Assembly (NCBI GenBank): GCA_947624995.1
Contig: CANQMS010000003.1
Coordinates: 10,062-74,061 of the forward strand
From: an uncultured Clostridia bacterium
Lineage (GTDB): Bacteria; Bacillota; Clostridia; Oscillospirales; CAG-272
DNA length: 64,000 nt
Reading direction: 5' to 3'
In this document: positions 46,005-55,875 of the stretch, piece after piece
Layout: each line of letters starts with the position of its first letter
Numbering within the stretch: position 1 is the stretch's first letter
Program-made: the position numbers and the translations under genes
Notes under the pieces: generated by a model
Told to the model about the DNA's origin: nothing
What the model saw: only the letters and a program-made list of their open reading frames with translations
Database searches by the model: none

Positions 46005-47915
46005 ATGAAAGACGGATTTCTGAAGGTCGCGGCAGTAACGCCGGATATAAAAGTTGCCGACCCGATATATAACAGGGAACAGCTTGTCAAAGCGACTTTT
46101 GACGCCGCCTCTCTCGGCGCAAAGCTGATCGTGACCCCGGAGCTCGCCATGTGCGGATATACGTGCAGCGACCTGTTCTGGCAGGAAGCGCTTATACGTT
46201 CGTCAAGAGAGCAGCTCGCGGCGTTCGCCGCCGAAACGCGCGCCGCCGACGCGCTCATCTTCGTCGGGCTGCCGTTCGAGCATGAAAACAAGCTCTATAA
46301 CGTCGCCGCCGCCGTGTGCCGCGGTGAGATCCTCGGCTTTGTTCCGAAAAAGCACCTGCCGACATATAACGAATTTTACGAATCGCGCCACTTCACCCCG
46401 GCGGCAGATGAGACGGCGTACACCCCGTTTGAGGGGCGCGAAATTCCTTTCGGCACAGATTTGCTGTTTTCGTGTACACACCTCCCGCACCTCACCGTTG
46501 CGGCGGAGATATGTGAAGATCTGTGGGTGCTCTCTCCCCCGAGCGTGCGCCACGCGGAGGCGGGCGCGACCGTCATCGTAAATCTCTCCGCGAGCGACGA
46601 GGCGGCGGGCAAAGACGCATACCGCCGCGAGCTTGTCAGGATGCACTCCGCCCGGCTCATCTGCGGCTATGTTTACGCCGCCGCCGGGACCGGAGAATCG
46701 ACGACCGACCTCGTCTTCGGCGCGCAGAACATGGTCGCCGAAAACGGCGTCATCCTCGCCGAAGCCGAGCGATTTAAAAATGCACCCGCCGTAACGGAGC
46801 TCGACCTTGACAGGATCGTCTCCGAGCGCCGGAGAATGACGACGTTTCCCGCCGCCGACAGGCGCGGCTTCATAACCGTTCCGTTCGACCTCAATATAGA
46901 AGAAACGCCGCTCACGCGCACGTTCGGCAAAATGCCGTTCGTCCCGTCATCGTCCGCCGACCGCGGGCAAAGATGCGACGAAATCCTGATGATGCAGTCG
47001 ATGGGGCTCGCAAAGCGCCTCTCGCACATAAACTGCCGCGCTGCCGTCATCGGCATATCGGGCGGGCTTGACTCGACGCTCGCGCTCGTCGTGACCGCGC
47101 GCGCGTTCGACATCTGCGGCTTGCCGAGGAGCGGCATTCTCTCCGTCACAATGCCGTGCTTCGGGACAACGAGCCGAACGCACGACAACGCCTGCCGCCT
47201 GACCGAGCGCATCGGCGCGACACTGCGCGAGATACCGATCTCGGACGCGGTTCGCCTCCACTTCCGCGACATCGGACATGACGAGACCGATCACGACGTA
47301 ACTTATGAAAACTGCCAGGCGCGAGAGAGGACGCAGGTTTTGATGGATCTTGCCAACAAGACGGGCGGGATCGTCATCGGCACCGGCGACCTTTCGGAGC
47401 TCGCGCTCGGCTGGGCGACATACAACGGCGACCATATGTCCATGTACGCGCCGAACGTCTCCGTCCCGAAAACGCTCGTCCGGCACCTGCTCGCCTACTA
47501 CGCCGACACATGCGGCGACGGCGCGCTCGCGGAAACGATCCGCGATATACTGAATACTCCCGTCTCCCCCGAGCTTCTGCCGCCGGAGAACGGCATCATA
47601 TCGCAAAAGACAGAGGACCTCGTCGGTCCCTACGAGCTGCATGACTTTTTCCTTTACTACATGCTCCGCGCCATGTTCCCGCCGAAAAAATTATACCGCA
47701 TCGCGTGCCGCGCGTTTGAGGGCGATTTTTCGCCTGAGGAAATACTCCGCTGGATGAAGGTCTTCTACCGCCGTTTCTTCGCGCAGCAGTTTAAGCGCTC
47801 GTGCCTTCCGGACGGACCGAAGGTCGGAAGCGTCGCCGTTTCTCCGCGCGGAGACTTGCGTATGCCGAGCGACGCCTGCGCCCGGATATGGCTTGAGGAA
47901 CTGGAAAATTTATAA
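46005..47915 (+). CDS. nadE: Glutamine-dependent NAD+ synthetase (CN-hydrolase + NAD synthetase domains)
   Basis: N-terminal nitrilase-type domain (KVAAVTPDIKVADP...TPELAMCGYTCSDLF...EICEDLW) and a C-terminal PP-loop (GISGGLDST). I prefer the ATG at 46005. Confidence 0.9.
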   Translation: MKDGFLKVAAVTPDIKVADPIYNREQLVKATFDAASLGAKLIVTPELAMCGYTCSDLFWQEALIRSSREQLAAFAAETRAADALIFVGLPFEHENKLYNVAAAVCRGEILGFVPKKHLPTYNEFYESRHFTPAADETAYTPFEGREIPFGTDLLFSCTHLPHLTVAAEICEDLWVLSPPSVRHAEAGATVIVNLSASDEAAGKDAYRRELVRMHSARLICGYVYAAAGTGESTTDLVFGAQNMVAENGVILAEAERFKNAPAVTELDLDRIVSERRRMTTFPAADRRGFITVPFDLNIEETPLTRTFGKMPFVPSSSADRGQRCDEILMMQSMGLAKRLSHINCRAAVIGISGGLDSTLALVVTARAFDICGLPRSGILSVTMPCFGTTSRTHDNACRLTERIGATLREIPISDAVRLHFRDIGHDETDHDVTYENCQARERTQVLMDLANKTGGIVIGTGDLSELALGWATYNGDHMSMYAPNVSVPKTLVRHLLAYYADTCGDGALAETIRDILNTPVSPELLPPENGIISQKTEDLVGPYELHDFFLYYMLRAMFPPKKLYRIACRAFEGDFSPEEILRWMKVFYRRFFAQQFKRSCLPDGPKVGSVAVSPRGDLRMPSDACARIWLEELENL

Positions 47916-47940
47916 TAGCACGTTATCAAAGCAAAAAAAT

Positions 47941-47974
47941 TTGCCGTGGAACGGTCGCGACCGTTCCGCGGCAA
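47941..47974. terminator. Bidirectional terminator between nadE and the MBL gene
   Basis: TTGCCGTGGAACGGTCG|CGACCGTTCCGCGGCAA is a 17-bp-arm palindrome with one G-U pair, flanked by A7 and T4 runs. Confidence 0.65.
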
Positions 47975-47976
47975 TT

Positions 47977-48807
47977 TTATATTTCCATCTCCATACCGTC
48001 ATACGCGGCGATAAAGCCGTGCTTTTTCCCGAGCACCTCGGCCTGCTCGTGCGTCATCCTCCCGTTATGCGAGAAGTGATTCGCGACGAACACCGTTTTT
48101 TCGCCCGCAAGACCGAAGTCGCGCAGCTTTTCCATAAAAATGAGGTCGCGCTCGACATTCATGTGCCCCCTATAGTCGATGTGCCGGATGCCCTCGTTGC
48201 AGTCCATTGAAACAAGGTCGAAGAATGCGCCGAGTGCTTGAAGCTTCCCGAGCGTTCCGTCCGGCAAAATGCCCGTGTCGTGCGCGTAGAGGATCGTTTT
48301 ACCAGAGCGCGAGATCGCGTACACGAACGGCTCCCCGGTCGAATGGATTGCGGGGATCGGGATAACGGTGTATTCCCCGACCGCCGCCGGTTCAAACGCA
48401 TGCAGCCGACGGAACAAAACGCTGCCGTCCTCGGTCACCTTTCCCCCGCCATAGCGCACAACGGCTTTTTCAACACCGCTGCCTCCGTATAATTTGAGCG
48501 GGCTCGCGTCCGGCGGCAGATTTGCGAGTCCGCGGCACCTCGTCCCGATATCGTCGACATACAGATGATCGGAGTGTGCGTGCGTTATGAGACAGTGCTC
48601 AAACAGCGTTATGTCGATCGAATCCCGCAAAAGGTGCAGATATGTGTCCGGTCCAAAGTCGATCAAAAGCCCGTCGTCTATGATCGCCTGGCAGCGCGTC
48701 CTGATCTCTTTGCCACCGATGCTTCGCGCGTTTTTGCATATTTCGCAGCTGCAAAACAGCGCCGGCGTCCCCTCGCTCGCCGCCGTTCCGAGATATTTTA
48801 TCTTCAC
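47977..48807 (-). CDS. MBL-fold metallo-hydrolase (PhnP-like)
   Basis: HxHxDH motif (THAHSDH) and an N-terminal Cys pair (CSCEIC) as in PhnP-type enzymes. Confidence 0.8.
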   Translation of the reverse strand: MKIKYLGTAASEGTPALFCSCEICKNARSIGGKEIRTRCQAIIDDGLLIDFGPDTYLHLLRDSIDITLFEHCLITHAHSDHLYVDDIGTRCRGLANLPPDASPLKLYGGSGVEKAVVRYGGGKVTEDGSVLFRRLHAFEPAAVGEYTVIPIPAIHSTGEPFVYAISRSGKTILYAHDTGILPDGTLGKLQALGAFFDLVSMDCNEGIRHIDYRGHMNVERDLIFMEKLRDFGLAGEKTVFVANHFSHNGRMTHEQAEVLGKKHGFIAAYDGMEMEI

Positions 48808-48872
48808 AAAAGACCTCCCTTTTTAAATCTGCCCGCTCGGAGCGCGGCAAATCCGCTTTTCAAAAAATTTTG

Positions 48873-48904
48873 CGCGGGGAGAAAGTTTTTTCCTTCTCCC
48901 CGCG
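48873..48904 (-). terminator. Hairpin downstream of the malic enzyme gene
   Basis: CGCGGGGAGAAAG / CCTTCTCCCCGCG with one mismatch. T-runs lie on both sides. Confidence 0.55.
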
Positions 48905-48923
48905 TTTTCATCCTAAATAATAT

Positions 48924-50096
48924 TCACGCCCTCGCGACGCCTTCGGCTCTCGCCGCCTCGCCGACCGCCTTTGCGACAGACGCGGCAACGCGCTTGTCAA
49001 ATGCGTCCGGGATGATGTAGTCTTCGGAGAGCTCCTCGTCCGAGACTATCGAGGCGATCGCATACGCCGCGGCAAGCTTCATTCCCTCGGTGATGTCCGT
49101 CGCCCTCACGTCGAGCGCGCCGCGGAAGATGCCGGGGAACACGAGCACGTTGTTGACCTGATTCGGGAAGTCCGAGCGCCCGGTCGCGATGATGCGCGCG
49201 CCGCCGCGCTTTGCCTCGTCCGGCATTATCTCCGGCGTCGGATTCGCCATAGCGAACACTATCGGGTCCTTTGCCATAGTTTTTACCATTTCCGCCGTCA
49301 TGACGTTCGGCGCGGAAACGCCGATAAATATGTCGCGCCCCTTTATGACGTCCGCCAAAGTCCCGCGTATGCGCTCTTTGTTCGTGATCTCCGCCATTTC
49401 CGCCTGGACGGGATTCATCCATTCTTCGCCGGGGCATAGCGCGCCGCGCCGCGCGAGCAGCACGATGTCGCCGAATCCGGCGCTCATCAAGAGCCTGCAT
49501 ATCGAGATACCGGCGGCGCCCGCGCCGTTGATGGCGATCTTCACGTCCTCCGGCTTCTTGCCGATCAGTCTGAGCGCGTTTTTCAGCCCCGCCGTCACGA
49601 CTATCGCCGTTCCGTGCTGGTCGTCGTGGAACACGGGTATGTCGAGCTCTTCCTTCAGCCTGCGCTCGATCTCAAAGCAGCGCGGCGCCGCGATGTCTTC
49701 GAGATTTATGCCGCCGAACGTCGGAGCGAGATATTTTACCGTCTTTATGATCTCTTCCGGGTCCTTCGTGTCAAGGCATATCGGGAAAGCGTCTATATCG
49801 CCGAACGTCTTGAACAGTATCGCCTTCCCCTCCATGACGGGCATTCCCGCCTCGGGTCCGATGTCGCCGAGCCCGAGGACCGCCGTCCCGTCCGTGACGA
49901 CGGCGACGAGATTCCCCTTCGCGGTATAGCGGTACACCTCGTCCTTGTTGTCGCGTATTCTCCGGCAGGGCTCAGCGACCCCCGGCGTATACGCCGTTGA
50001 AAGATCGTCTCTCGTGCTGACGCCGACCTTCGAGACGACGCCTATCTTGCCTTTGTGTTCTTCATGCAGCCGAAGCGCAAGTTCATTGTAATCCAT
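48924..50096 (-). CDS. NAD(P)-dependent malic enzyme (short form)
   Basis: AYTPGVAEPC, VVTDGTAVLGLGDIGPEAGMPVMEGKAILFK, FGGINLEDIAAPRCFEIE and FHDDQHGTAIV are present. Confidence 0.92.
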   Translation of the reverse strand: MDYNELALRLHEEHKGKIGVVSKVGVSTRDDLSTAYTPGVAEPCRRIRDNKDEVYRYTAKGNLVAVVTDGTAVLGLGDIGPEAGMPVMEGKAILFKTFGDIDAFPICLDTKDPEEIIKTVKYLAPTFGGINLEDIAAPRCFEIERRLKEELDIPVFHDDQHGTAIVVTAGLKNALRLIGKKPEDVKIAINGAGAAGISICRLLMSAGFGDIVLLARRGALCPGEEWMNPVQAEMAEITNKERIRGTLADVIKGRDIFIGVSAPNVMTAEMVKTMAKDPIVFAMANPTPEIMPDEAKRGGARIIATGRSDFPNQVNNVLVFPGIFRGALDVRATDITEGMKLAAAYAIASIVSDEELSEDYIIPDAFDKRVAASVAKAVGEAARAEGVARA

Positions 50097-50123
50097 TGTC
50101 CTGTCTGTCCTTTATATTTGTGT

Positions 50124-51494
50124 TTAAACCATTTCTTCCGGGCGGAAGACCTCGTCGAAGCGCTCCGCCGTCAAAAACCCGAGCTTTACGCACGCTTCCT
50201 TCAGCGAGATGTTCTCGCTGTACGCGAGCTTTGCCGTCTTCGCGGCGTTCTCGTAGCCTATGTACGGGTTCAGGCACGTGACGAGCATCAGCGAGCGGCG
50301 AAGATTTTCCTCCATCTGCGCGCGGTTCGCGCGGATGCCTACGGCGCAGTTGTCGTTGAACGACACTATCCCGTCCGACAGGAGCCTTACCGACTGGAGA
50401 AAATTGTATATCAAAACGGGCATGAACACGTTGAGCTCGAAATTTCCCTGTGACGCCGCGATACCGACGGCGGCATCGTTGCCCATGACCTGGACCGCGA
50501 TCATCGTCACCGCCTCGCACTGGGTCGGATTGACCTTTCCCGGCATGATGGAGCTGCCCGGCTCGTTCTCCGGGATAAATATCTCGTGCAGCCCGCAGCG
50601 CGGTCCGCTCGAAAGCCATCTGACGTCGTTCGCGATCTTCATCATGTTTGCCGCGAGCCCCTTCAGCGCCCCGTGTGCGAACACGAGCTCGTCCTTGCTC
50701 GTTAACGAGTGGAACTTGTTCGCCGCCGTCCTGTACTCGTGCCCCGTCAGCTCCGAGACCGCCCTCGCGACCTCCGCGTCGAATCCTGCGGGCGCGTTAA
50801 GCCCTGTCCCGACGGCGGTCCCGCCGAGCGCGAGCTCGGAGAGTCCGTCGAGCGACATACATATCATCGCGCGCGATTTTTCGAGCATCGCGCGCCAGCC
50901 GGAGATCTCCTGAGAGAACGAGATCGGCGTCGCGTCCTGCAAATGCGTCCTGCCGCTCTTGATTATCCCTCGGTTTTCTTCCATCAGCCGCGCAAACGTC
51001 GCCGACAGTTTGTCTATCGCCGGCAAAAGCGCACATTCTATCGCCGTCACCGCCGCGATGTGCATCGCGGTCGGGAACGTGTCGTTCGAGCTCTGCGACA
51101 TATTGACGTGATCGTTCGGGTGAAGTATACGTTCGCCCGCAAGCTCGCCGCCGCGGTTCGCGATCACCTCGTTCACGTTCATGTTGGACTGCGTGCCCGA
51201 CCCCGTCTGCCACACGACGAGCGGGAAATTGTCATCGAGCGCGCCCGACATTATCTCGTCACACACCCGTGAGATGAGACGGAGCCGCTCCCCGTCGAGC
51301 CTCCCGAGCCTGTTGTTTGCCGTCGCGGCTGCCTTTTTGAGAACCGCGAACGCGCGGATGATCTCGCGCGGCATGCGCTCCTCTCCGATTTTGAAGTTTT
51401 CGTAGCTCCGCTCCGTCTGCGCGCCCCAGTATTTATCCGCGGGGACGTTTATCTCCCCCATCGAGTCGTGCTCGACCCTGTACTCAGCCGCCAT
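50124..51494 (-). CDS. fumC: Class II fumarate hydratase
   Basis: The GSSIMPGKVNPTQCEA signature is present and the N-terminus is YRVEHDSMGEINVPADKYWGAQT. Confidence 0.95.
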   Translation of the reverse strand: MAAEYRVEHDSMGEINVPADKYWGAQTERSYENFKIGEERMPREIIRAFAVLKKAAATANNRLGRLDGERLRLISRVCDEIMSGALDDNFPLVVWQTGSGTQSNMNVNEVIANRGGELAGERILHPNDHVNMSQSSNDTFPTAMHIAAVTAIECALLPAIDKLSATFARLMEENRGIIKSGRTHLQDATPISFSQEISGWRAMLEKSRAMICMSLDGLSELALGGTAVGTGLNAPAGFDAEVARAVSELTGHEYRTAANKFHSLTSKDELVFAHGALKGLAANMMKIANDVRWLSSGPRCGLHEIFIPENEPGSSIMPGKVNPTQCEAVTMIAVQVMGNDAAVGIAASQGNFELNVFMPVLIYNFLQSVRLLSDGIVSFNDNCAVGIRANRAQMEENLRRSLMLVTCLNPYIGYENAAKTAKLAYSENISLKEACVKLGFLTAERFDEVFRPEEMV

Positions 51495-52081
51495 CAGTCG
51501 TCCGAATCGTAATCGCCGCGGTCAAACGTGTCTTCCCTGAGCTCGGGCTTGAGCGCGGAGAAGATCATCACAACGATGTCGAGCAGCGCCACAACTATGA
51601 TAGACACGGCGGTGAAACGCCAAAGCGTCATCATCGCGCTGAAGGGATGCGCGAAGATGATCACCGCGAACACGAGCGTCAGAACCGCATTTATAAGCGA
51701 GAGCACGGAGCCGCGGCGCTTCAGTCGCAAGAGATCGACCGTGCCCTGAAGCTTCACGAAGCCGAGTATCAAAAGCGCGATCGCGTATATCATCGTCAGA
51801 AGCGAGAATGTCCCGATGACCCAGTCTGTACCGAACGCACAGAGCGCGCCCGCCGCACAGAGAAAGAGCCCCGTAGACAGATCGTGCTCGCGCATTGCGA
51901 GCTCGGGCTCGAGGCGGAAGTAGCGCAGCACGTACCAGACCCCCGCGACCGCCATACCGACGCCGGCGGCAATCACTATCCACGACGTGAACTCTTCGGG
52001 ATTGATGAGCAGCACGACGCCGAGAAGGATCTCCGCGATATACGCGACAGTCCTTCCCAGATACTTCACGAATTTTTTCAT
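51494..52081 (-). CDS. HdeD/DUF308-family membrane protein
   Basis: Six hydrophobic segments in repeated DUF308-like pairs. The stop overlaps the fumC start (TGATG). Confidence 0.6.
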   Translation of the reverse strand: MKKFVKYLGRTVAYIAEILLGVVLLINPEEFTSWIVIAAGVGMAVAGVWYVLRYFRLEPELAMREHDLSTGLFLCAAGALCAFGTDWVIGTFSLLTMIYAIALLILGFVKLQGTVDLLRLKRRGSVLSLINAVLTLVFAVIIFAHPFSAMMTLWRFTAVSIIVVALLDIVVMIFSALKPELREDTFDRGDYDSDD

Positions 52082-52109
52082 TTGTCATGTCCTCCGTTTG
52101 TGATTTATT

Positions 52110-52550
52110 TTATTTTTCTTCTGCTTTTTTAAGATACTCCGCAAGCGCCGCGTAGAACGCTGGATATTCGCGGTCGAGCCTGACTATTCCGCCGTCCTTC
52201 GTCAGAAAACAGTGCTCGGACTCCGCCGTGCAGACGACCGCGCCGTCCGCGCCGCGCATCTCGTACGCTATCGTCATGCGGACGGGTCTCAGCTCCGCGA
52301 CGGAGAGCGAAATATATACGTCGTCGTCAAACGTCGTCGGATGCCTGTATTTACAGCTCACCGCCATGACAGGCGAGACGATCCCGAGCTCTTCGAGCTT
52401 TGCGTAATCCCACCCGATGCGGGCAAGAAAGTCGACGCGCGCCTCCTCCATCCAGCAGATGTAGTTTGAATGATGCGTGATCCCCATTTTGTCCGTCTCG
52501 TAATACCGGACCTTGTGATGATATCCTTCCGTAAGCTCACCCCCTGTCAC
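52110..52550 (-). CDS. Acyl-CoA thioesterase, 4HBT/YbgC family
   Basis: HKVRYYETDKMGITHHSNYICWMEEARVDFL is a hot-dog fold signature with the catalytic Asp. Confidence 0.8.
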   Translation of the reverse strand: MTGGELTEGYHHKVRYYETDKMGITHHSNYICWMEEARVDFLARIGWDYAKLEELGIVSPVMAVSCKYRHPTTFDDDVYISLSVAELRPVRMTIAYEMRGADGAVVCTAESEHCFLTKDGGIVRLDREYPAFYAALAEYLKKAEEK

Positions 52551-52611
52551 GGTATATTATACAATAAGTGAACGACAATTTCAACCGTATAAATATTTTA
52601 GCGCGCAAAAA

Positions 52612-52649
52612 AGCGGGAGGCGGTCGGCATTTTTCCGACCGCTCCCGCT
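52612..52649 (-). terminator. Rho-independent terminator after the rubrerythrin module
   Basis: On the minus strand, stem AGCGGGAGCGGTCGG / CCGACCGCCTCCCGCT is followed by TTTTTTGCG. Confidence 0.65.
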
Positions 52650-52663
52650 ATGATCGCAAATAA

Positions 52664-54685
52664 TCAATAATTCTCCGCGTGGATCTCGAAATAGCTCTGC
52701 GGGTGGTTGCAGACGGGGCATACCTCGGGCGCCTTCGTGCCGACGATGATGTGCCCGCAGTTGCGGCACTCCCAGACCTTGACCTCGCTCTTTTCGAATA
52801 CCTCGGCGGTCTCTATATTGTGCAAAAGCGCGCGGTAGCGCTCCTCGTGATGCTTCTCGATGGCGCCGACCATGCGGAACTTGTGCGCGAGCGCCGTAAA
52901 GCCCTCTGCCTCAGCCGTCTTCGCGAACTCCTCGTACATGTCGGTCCACTCGTAGTTCTCGCCGTCCGCTGCGGCGTTCAGATTTTCAACCGTCGTGCCG
53001 ATGCCGGAGAGCTCCTTCAGCCACAGCTTCGCGTGTTCCTTTTCGTTGTCCGCCGTCTTGAGGAAGAGCGCAGAGATCTGCTCGTAGCCCTCCTTTTTTG
53101 CGACAGACGCGAAATACGTGTACTTGTTCCTCGCCTGGGATTCGCCTGCGAACGCCGCCTCGAGATTCTTCTCCGTCTGTGTGCCCGCGTAGATGTTCTT
53201 CTTTTCTGCCATTGTTTCAGTCTCCTTTTTTTCGTTTTTATTTATTTCGTATTTTACCATGCTTCTGCCTGCATGGGGTATACCGGTGTATTCCGCGATG
53301 TCGCGGTCCGTCGTCACAAGGTCGGAAAGCGAAAGGTCGTGTACCGACGAGTGACCCGTGATCCGCGAAAACGTCTCAAGCTCGGAGTTTGAGACCTTGA
53401 GATAGTTCGCGACGCGCGCCGCCGCGGCATCGACATTCAGGCGCGCGCGCAGCTCCGGGTCCTGCGTCGCTATCCCGACCGGACAGCGCCCGCTGCCGCA
53501 GATCCGGTACTGCTGGCAAGCCGCCGCGATCAGCGCCGCGGACGCGACGGCAACGGCGTCCGCCCCCATCGCAAGTGCCTTCGCAAAATCGGACGACACG
53601 CGCAGCCCGCCCGTTATCACGAGCTCCATATCGGAGCCGACCGAGTCAAGGTACCGCCGCGCGCGCGAAAGCGCGTATATCGTCGGCACCGTCGTCGCCT
53701 CTCTGAGGAAAAACGGGCTCGAACCCGTCGCGCCGCCTCTGCCGTCGACCGTGACGAAGTCTGCGCCCGCGAAGACGCACGCCTCAAGATCCGCTTCTAT
53801 CCTGCCCGCCGCGATCTTTATTCCTATCGGTCTGCCGCCCGAGCGCTCGCGCAGCATGTCGACGGCGGCGCGGAGGCCTTCCTTTGAATTTATCTCCGCG
53901 AATTTTGACGGGCTTTGTATGTCCTCACCGACTTTTTTGCCGCGGATCGCCGCGATTTCCGGCGTCACCTTGCTGCCGGGCAGATGACCTCCCATTCCGG
54001 GCTTGGTGCCCTGCCCGATCTTGATCTCTATCGCGTCCGACGAGCGGAGGTTTTCGTCCGTAACGCTGTATTTGTTCGGAACGTATTCGAATATGTACCT
54101 GAAAGCCGCCTCCCTCTCTTCCGGGAGAATTCCGCCCTCGCCGCTGCACGTCGCCGTTCCGGCGGCGGCTGCGCCCTTTGCGAGCGCGATCTTCGCCTCA
54201 CGCGAGAGCGCGCCGAACGACATGTGCGAAATATATACGGGTGAGGCGAGCCTCATCGGCTTTTTCGCGTGCTTGCCGATTACGGTCTCGGTAGAGACGC
54301 GGCAGCCGTCATCCTTCGGGAGGGGTGAAAGCTGCGCTCCGAGCAAAAGGATCTCGTCCCACCCCGGGCACGCCGTCCGCGTTCCCATCGCGGCGCTTAC
54401 AGTCTTCCCGCTGACAGCCATCTCGTGTATCTCTTCCATATACCGCGCGTCCGGGTCCTCGCGCGCAAACTCGCTCGGGTAGGCAAGGCTCCCTTTGTAT
54501 GTCACCGTCTGCGTCGGCGCCGGCGTCGGCACCGCGGGCTTTTTCTCCCCGTTCTTTTCATCCGTTCGGACGAGCTTTGATATCGGCTGCCCGCACACGG
54601 GGCAGACGTCAAGCTCCGAGATGGGGCGTCCTTCCTTTTCCTCGTCGTACACGTATCCGCACACGCTGCATCTGTAAACCGCCAT
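52664..54685 (-). CDS. Single ORF joining a rubredoxin-like Zn/Fe ribbon, a glutamate-synthase-related FMN (GltB domain 2-like) domain and a complete rubrerythrin
   Basis: N-terminus [10 protein letters not shown]...CPVCG. The core is [10 protein letters not shown]...[17 protein letters not shown]...[10 protein letters not shown]. From the internal ATG at 53212 (AAAGGAG 8 nt upstream) comes a full rubrerythrin ([18 protein letters not shown]...EKEHAKLW...WECRNCGHI...CPVCNHP). Confidence 0.8.
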   Translation of the reverse strand: MAVYRCSVCGYVYDEEKEGRPISELDVCPVCGQPISKLVRTDEKNGEKKPAVPTPAPTQTVTYKGSLAYPSEFAREDPDARYMEEIHEMAVSGKTVSAAMGTRTACPGWDEILLLGAQLSPLPKDDGCRVSTETVIGKHAKKPMRLASPVYISHMSFGALSREAKIALAKGAAAAGTATCSGEGGILPEEREAAFRYIFEYVPNKYSVTDENLRSSDAIEIKIGQGTKPGMGGHLPGSKVTPEIAAIRGKKVGEDIQSPSKFAEINSKEGLRAAVDMLRERSGGRPIGIKIAAGRIEADLEACVFAGADFVTVDGRGGATGSSPFFLREATTVPTIYALSRARRYLDSVGSDMELVITGGLRVSSDFAKALAMGADAVAVASAALIAAACQQYRICGSGRCPVGIATQDPELRARLNVDAAAARVANYLKVSNSELETFSRITGHSSVHDLSLSDLVTTDRDIAEYTGIPHAGRSMVKYEINKNEKKETETMAEKKNIYAGTQTEKNLEAAFAGESQARNKYTYFASVAKKEGYEQISALFLKTADNEKEHAKLWLKELSGIGTTVENLNAAADGENYEWTDMYEEFAKTAEAEGFTALAHKFRMVGAIEKHHEERYRALLHNIETAEVFEKSEVKVWECRNCGHIIVGTKAPEVCPVCNHPQSYFEIHAENY

Positions 54686-54691
54686 CGTGAT

Positions 54692-55081
54692 CTACCGTCC
54701 TTCCTTCTCTCTGCATTCGGGGCACACGCCCTCAAATATCGTTCTGTGGCGCCCGACCGTAAAACCGGTCGCCGCGGCGGCGCCCTCGTCAAGCTCGTCT
54801 CTGTACGGGATCGGCGCGTCGGCAACGCGACCGCATCGGAGGCAGAACATGTGGTAGTGCTTCTCCGTCCGCAGATCGTACCTGTCCGCGGCGGGGACCC
54901 TGACGTGCATGATCTCGCCCGCGTCGGCAAGCACGCTCAGGTTCCGATAAACGGTCCCGCGGCTGATCTTCGGATCGAGCCGCCGCACGTCGATATAAAT
55001 ATCGTCCGCGCTCGGATGGTCGCATCTCGCCCTCACCGCATCGAGCACGAGCCCGCGCTGTTTCGTATTTCTCGTCTGCAC
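54692..55081 (-). CDS. Fur-family transcriptional regulator (PerR-like)
   Basis: TKQRGLVLDAV...HPSADDIY...ISRGTVYRNL...HYHMFCLRCGRV...CPEC shows a winged helix plus the CxxC...CxxC structural Zn site. It lies 6 nt upstream of the rubredoxin/GltS/rubrerythrin ORF. Confidence 0.85.
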   Translation of the reverse strand: MQTRNTKQRGLVLDAVRARCDHPSADDIYIDVRRLDPKISRGTVYRNLSVLADAGEIMHVRVPAADRYDLRTEKHYHMFCLRCGRVADAPIPYRDELDEGAAAATGFTVGRHRTIFEGVCPECREKEGR

Positions 55082-55226
55082 CGATGCTCACCTCCGTTAA
55101 CGCTATTAGGACTCTGTCTCATTATAGCAAATATCATGTGTACTGTCAACGGAAAAATGCGGAAATATTTTCTTTTTTCTTTTCTTGCTTTTTCCGCTTT
55201 TTTGTCATGTTTATTCCGCCGCGCGA

Positions 55227-55255
55227 TTGATTTTCCGGCTGAGCGATAGTATAAT
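55227..55255 (+). promoter_or_regulatory. Sigma-A promoter of pcp
   Basis: TTGATT, a 17-nt spacer, then TATAAT. Confidence 0.6.
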
Positions 55256-55273
55256 AAAGTCTGAGGTGATATT

Positions 55274-55861
55274 ATGACCGGGCGAATACTTTTCACATCG
55301 TTTGAGCCCTTCGGCGGGGACAGTGAAAACGCGTCTCTAAACGCGGCAGCTCTGCTGCCGGACACCATCGGCGGCTTTGAAGTCTGCCGGATGACGCTGC
55401 CCGTCGCCTTCGGACGCGCGGGGGAGCTCGCGATATCGGAAGCGGAGCGCGTCGGCGCGGATATCGTTCTTTCCGTCGGACAGGCGGCGGGGAGATCTGC
55501 CGTCACGCCGGAGGCGGTCGCCGTCAACATACGGTACGCGCGCATCCCCGACAATGACGGCGCGTGTCCCTGCGACACCCCGGTGATCACGCACGGGCGC
55601 GAGGCATTTTTCTCATCCCTTCCCGTCCGGCGCATGGCGGAGGCGATCTCGGAGGCGGGGATCCCCGCAGATGTCTCATACTCAGCCGGGACATACGTCT
55701 GCAACGACGTATTTTATCTTTTGTCCGCGCATTTTTTCGGCACAGCCGTGCGCGTCGGATTCATACACGTACCCGCGGCGGGCTCGCTTGACGCGCCGCG
55801 CGCCGCTCTCGCGCTGACTCGCGCGGCGGAGGCGGCAATAACCGCGGTCAAGGCGATTTGA
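55274..55861 (+). CDS. pcp: Pyroglutamyl-peptidase I
   Basis: ILFTSFEPFGGDSENAS, GQAAGRSAVTPE, AGTYVCNDVFY (catalytic Cys) and GFIHVP (His). Confidence 0.92.
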   Translation: MTGRILFTSFEPFGGDSENASLNAAALLPDTIGGFEVCRMTLPVAFGRAGELAISEAERVGADIVLSVGQAAGRSAVTPEAVAVNIRYARIPDNDGACPCDTPVITHGREAFFSSLPVRRMAEAISEAGIPADVSYSAGTYVCNDVFYLLSAHFFGTAVRVGFIHVPAAGSLDAPRAALALTRAAEAAITAVKAI

Positions 55862-55875
55862 CAGGAGGAAAAGAC

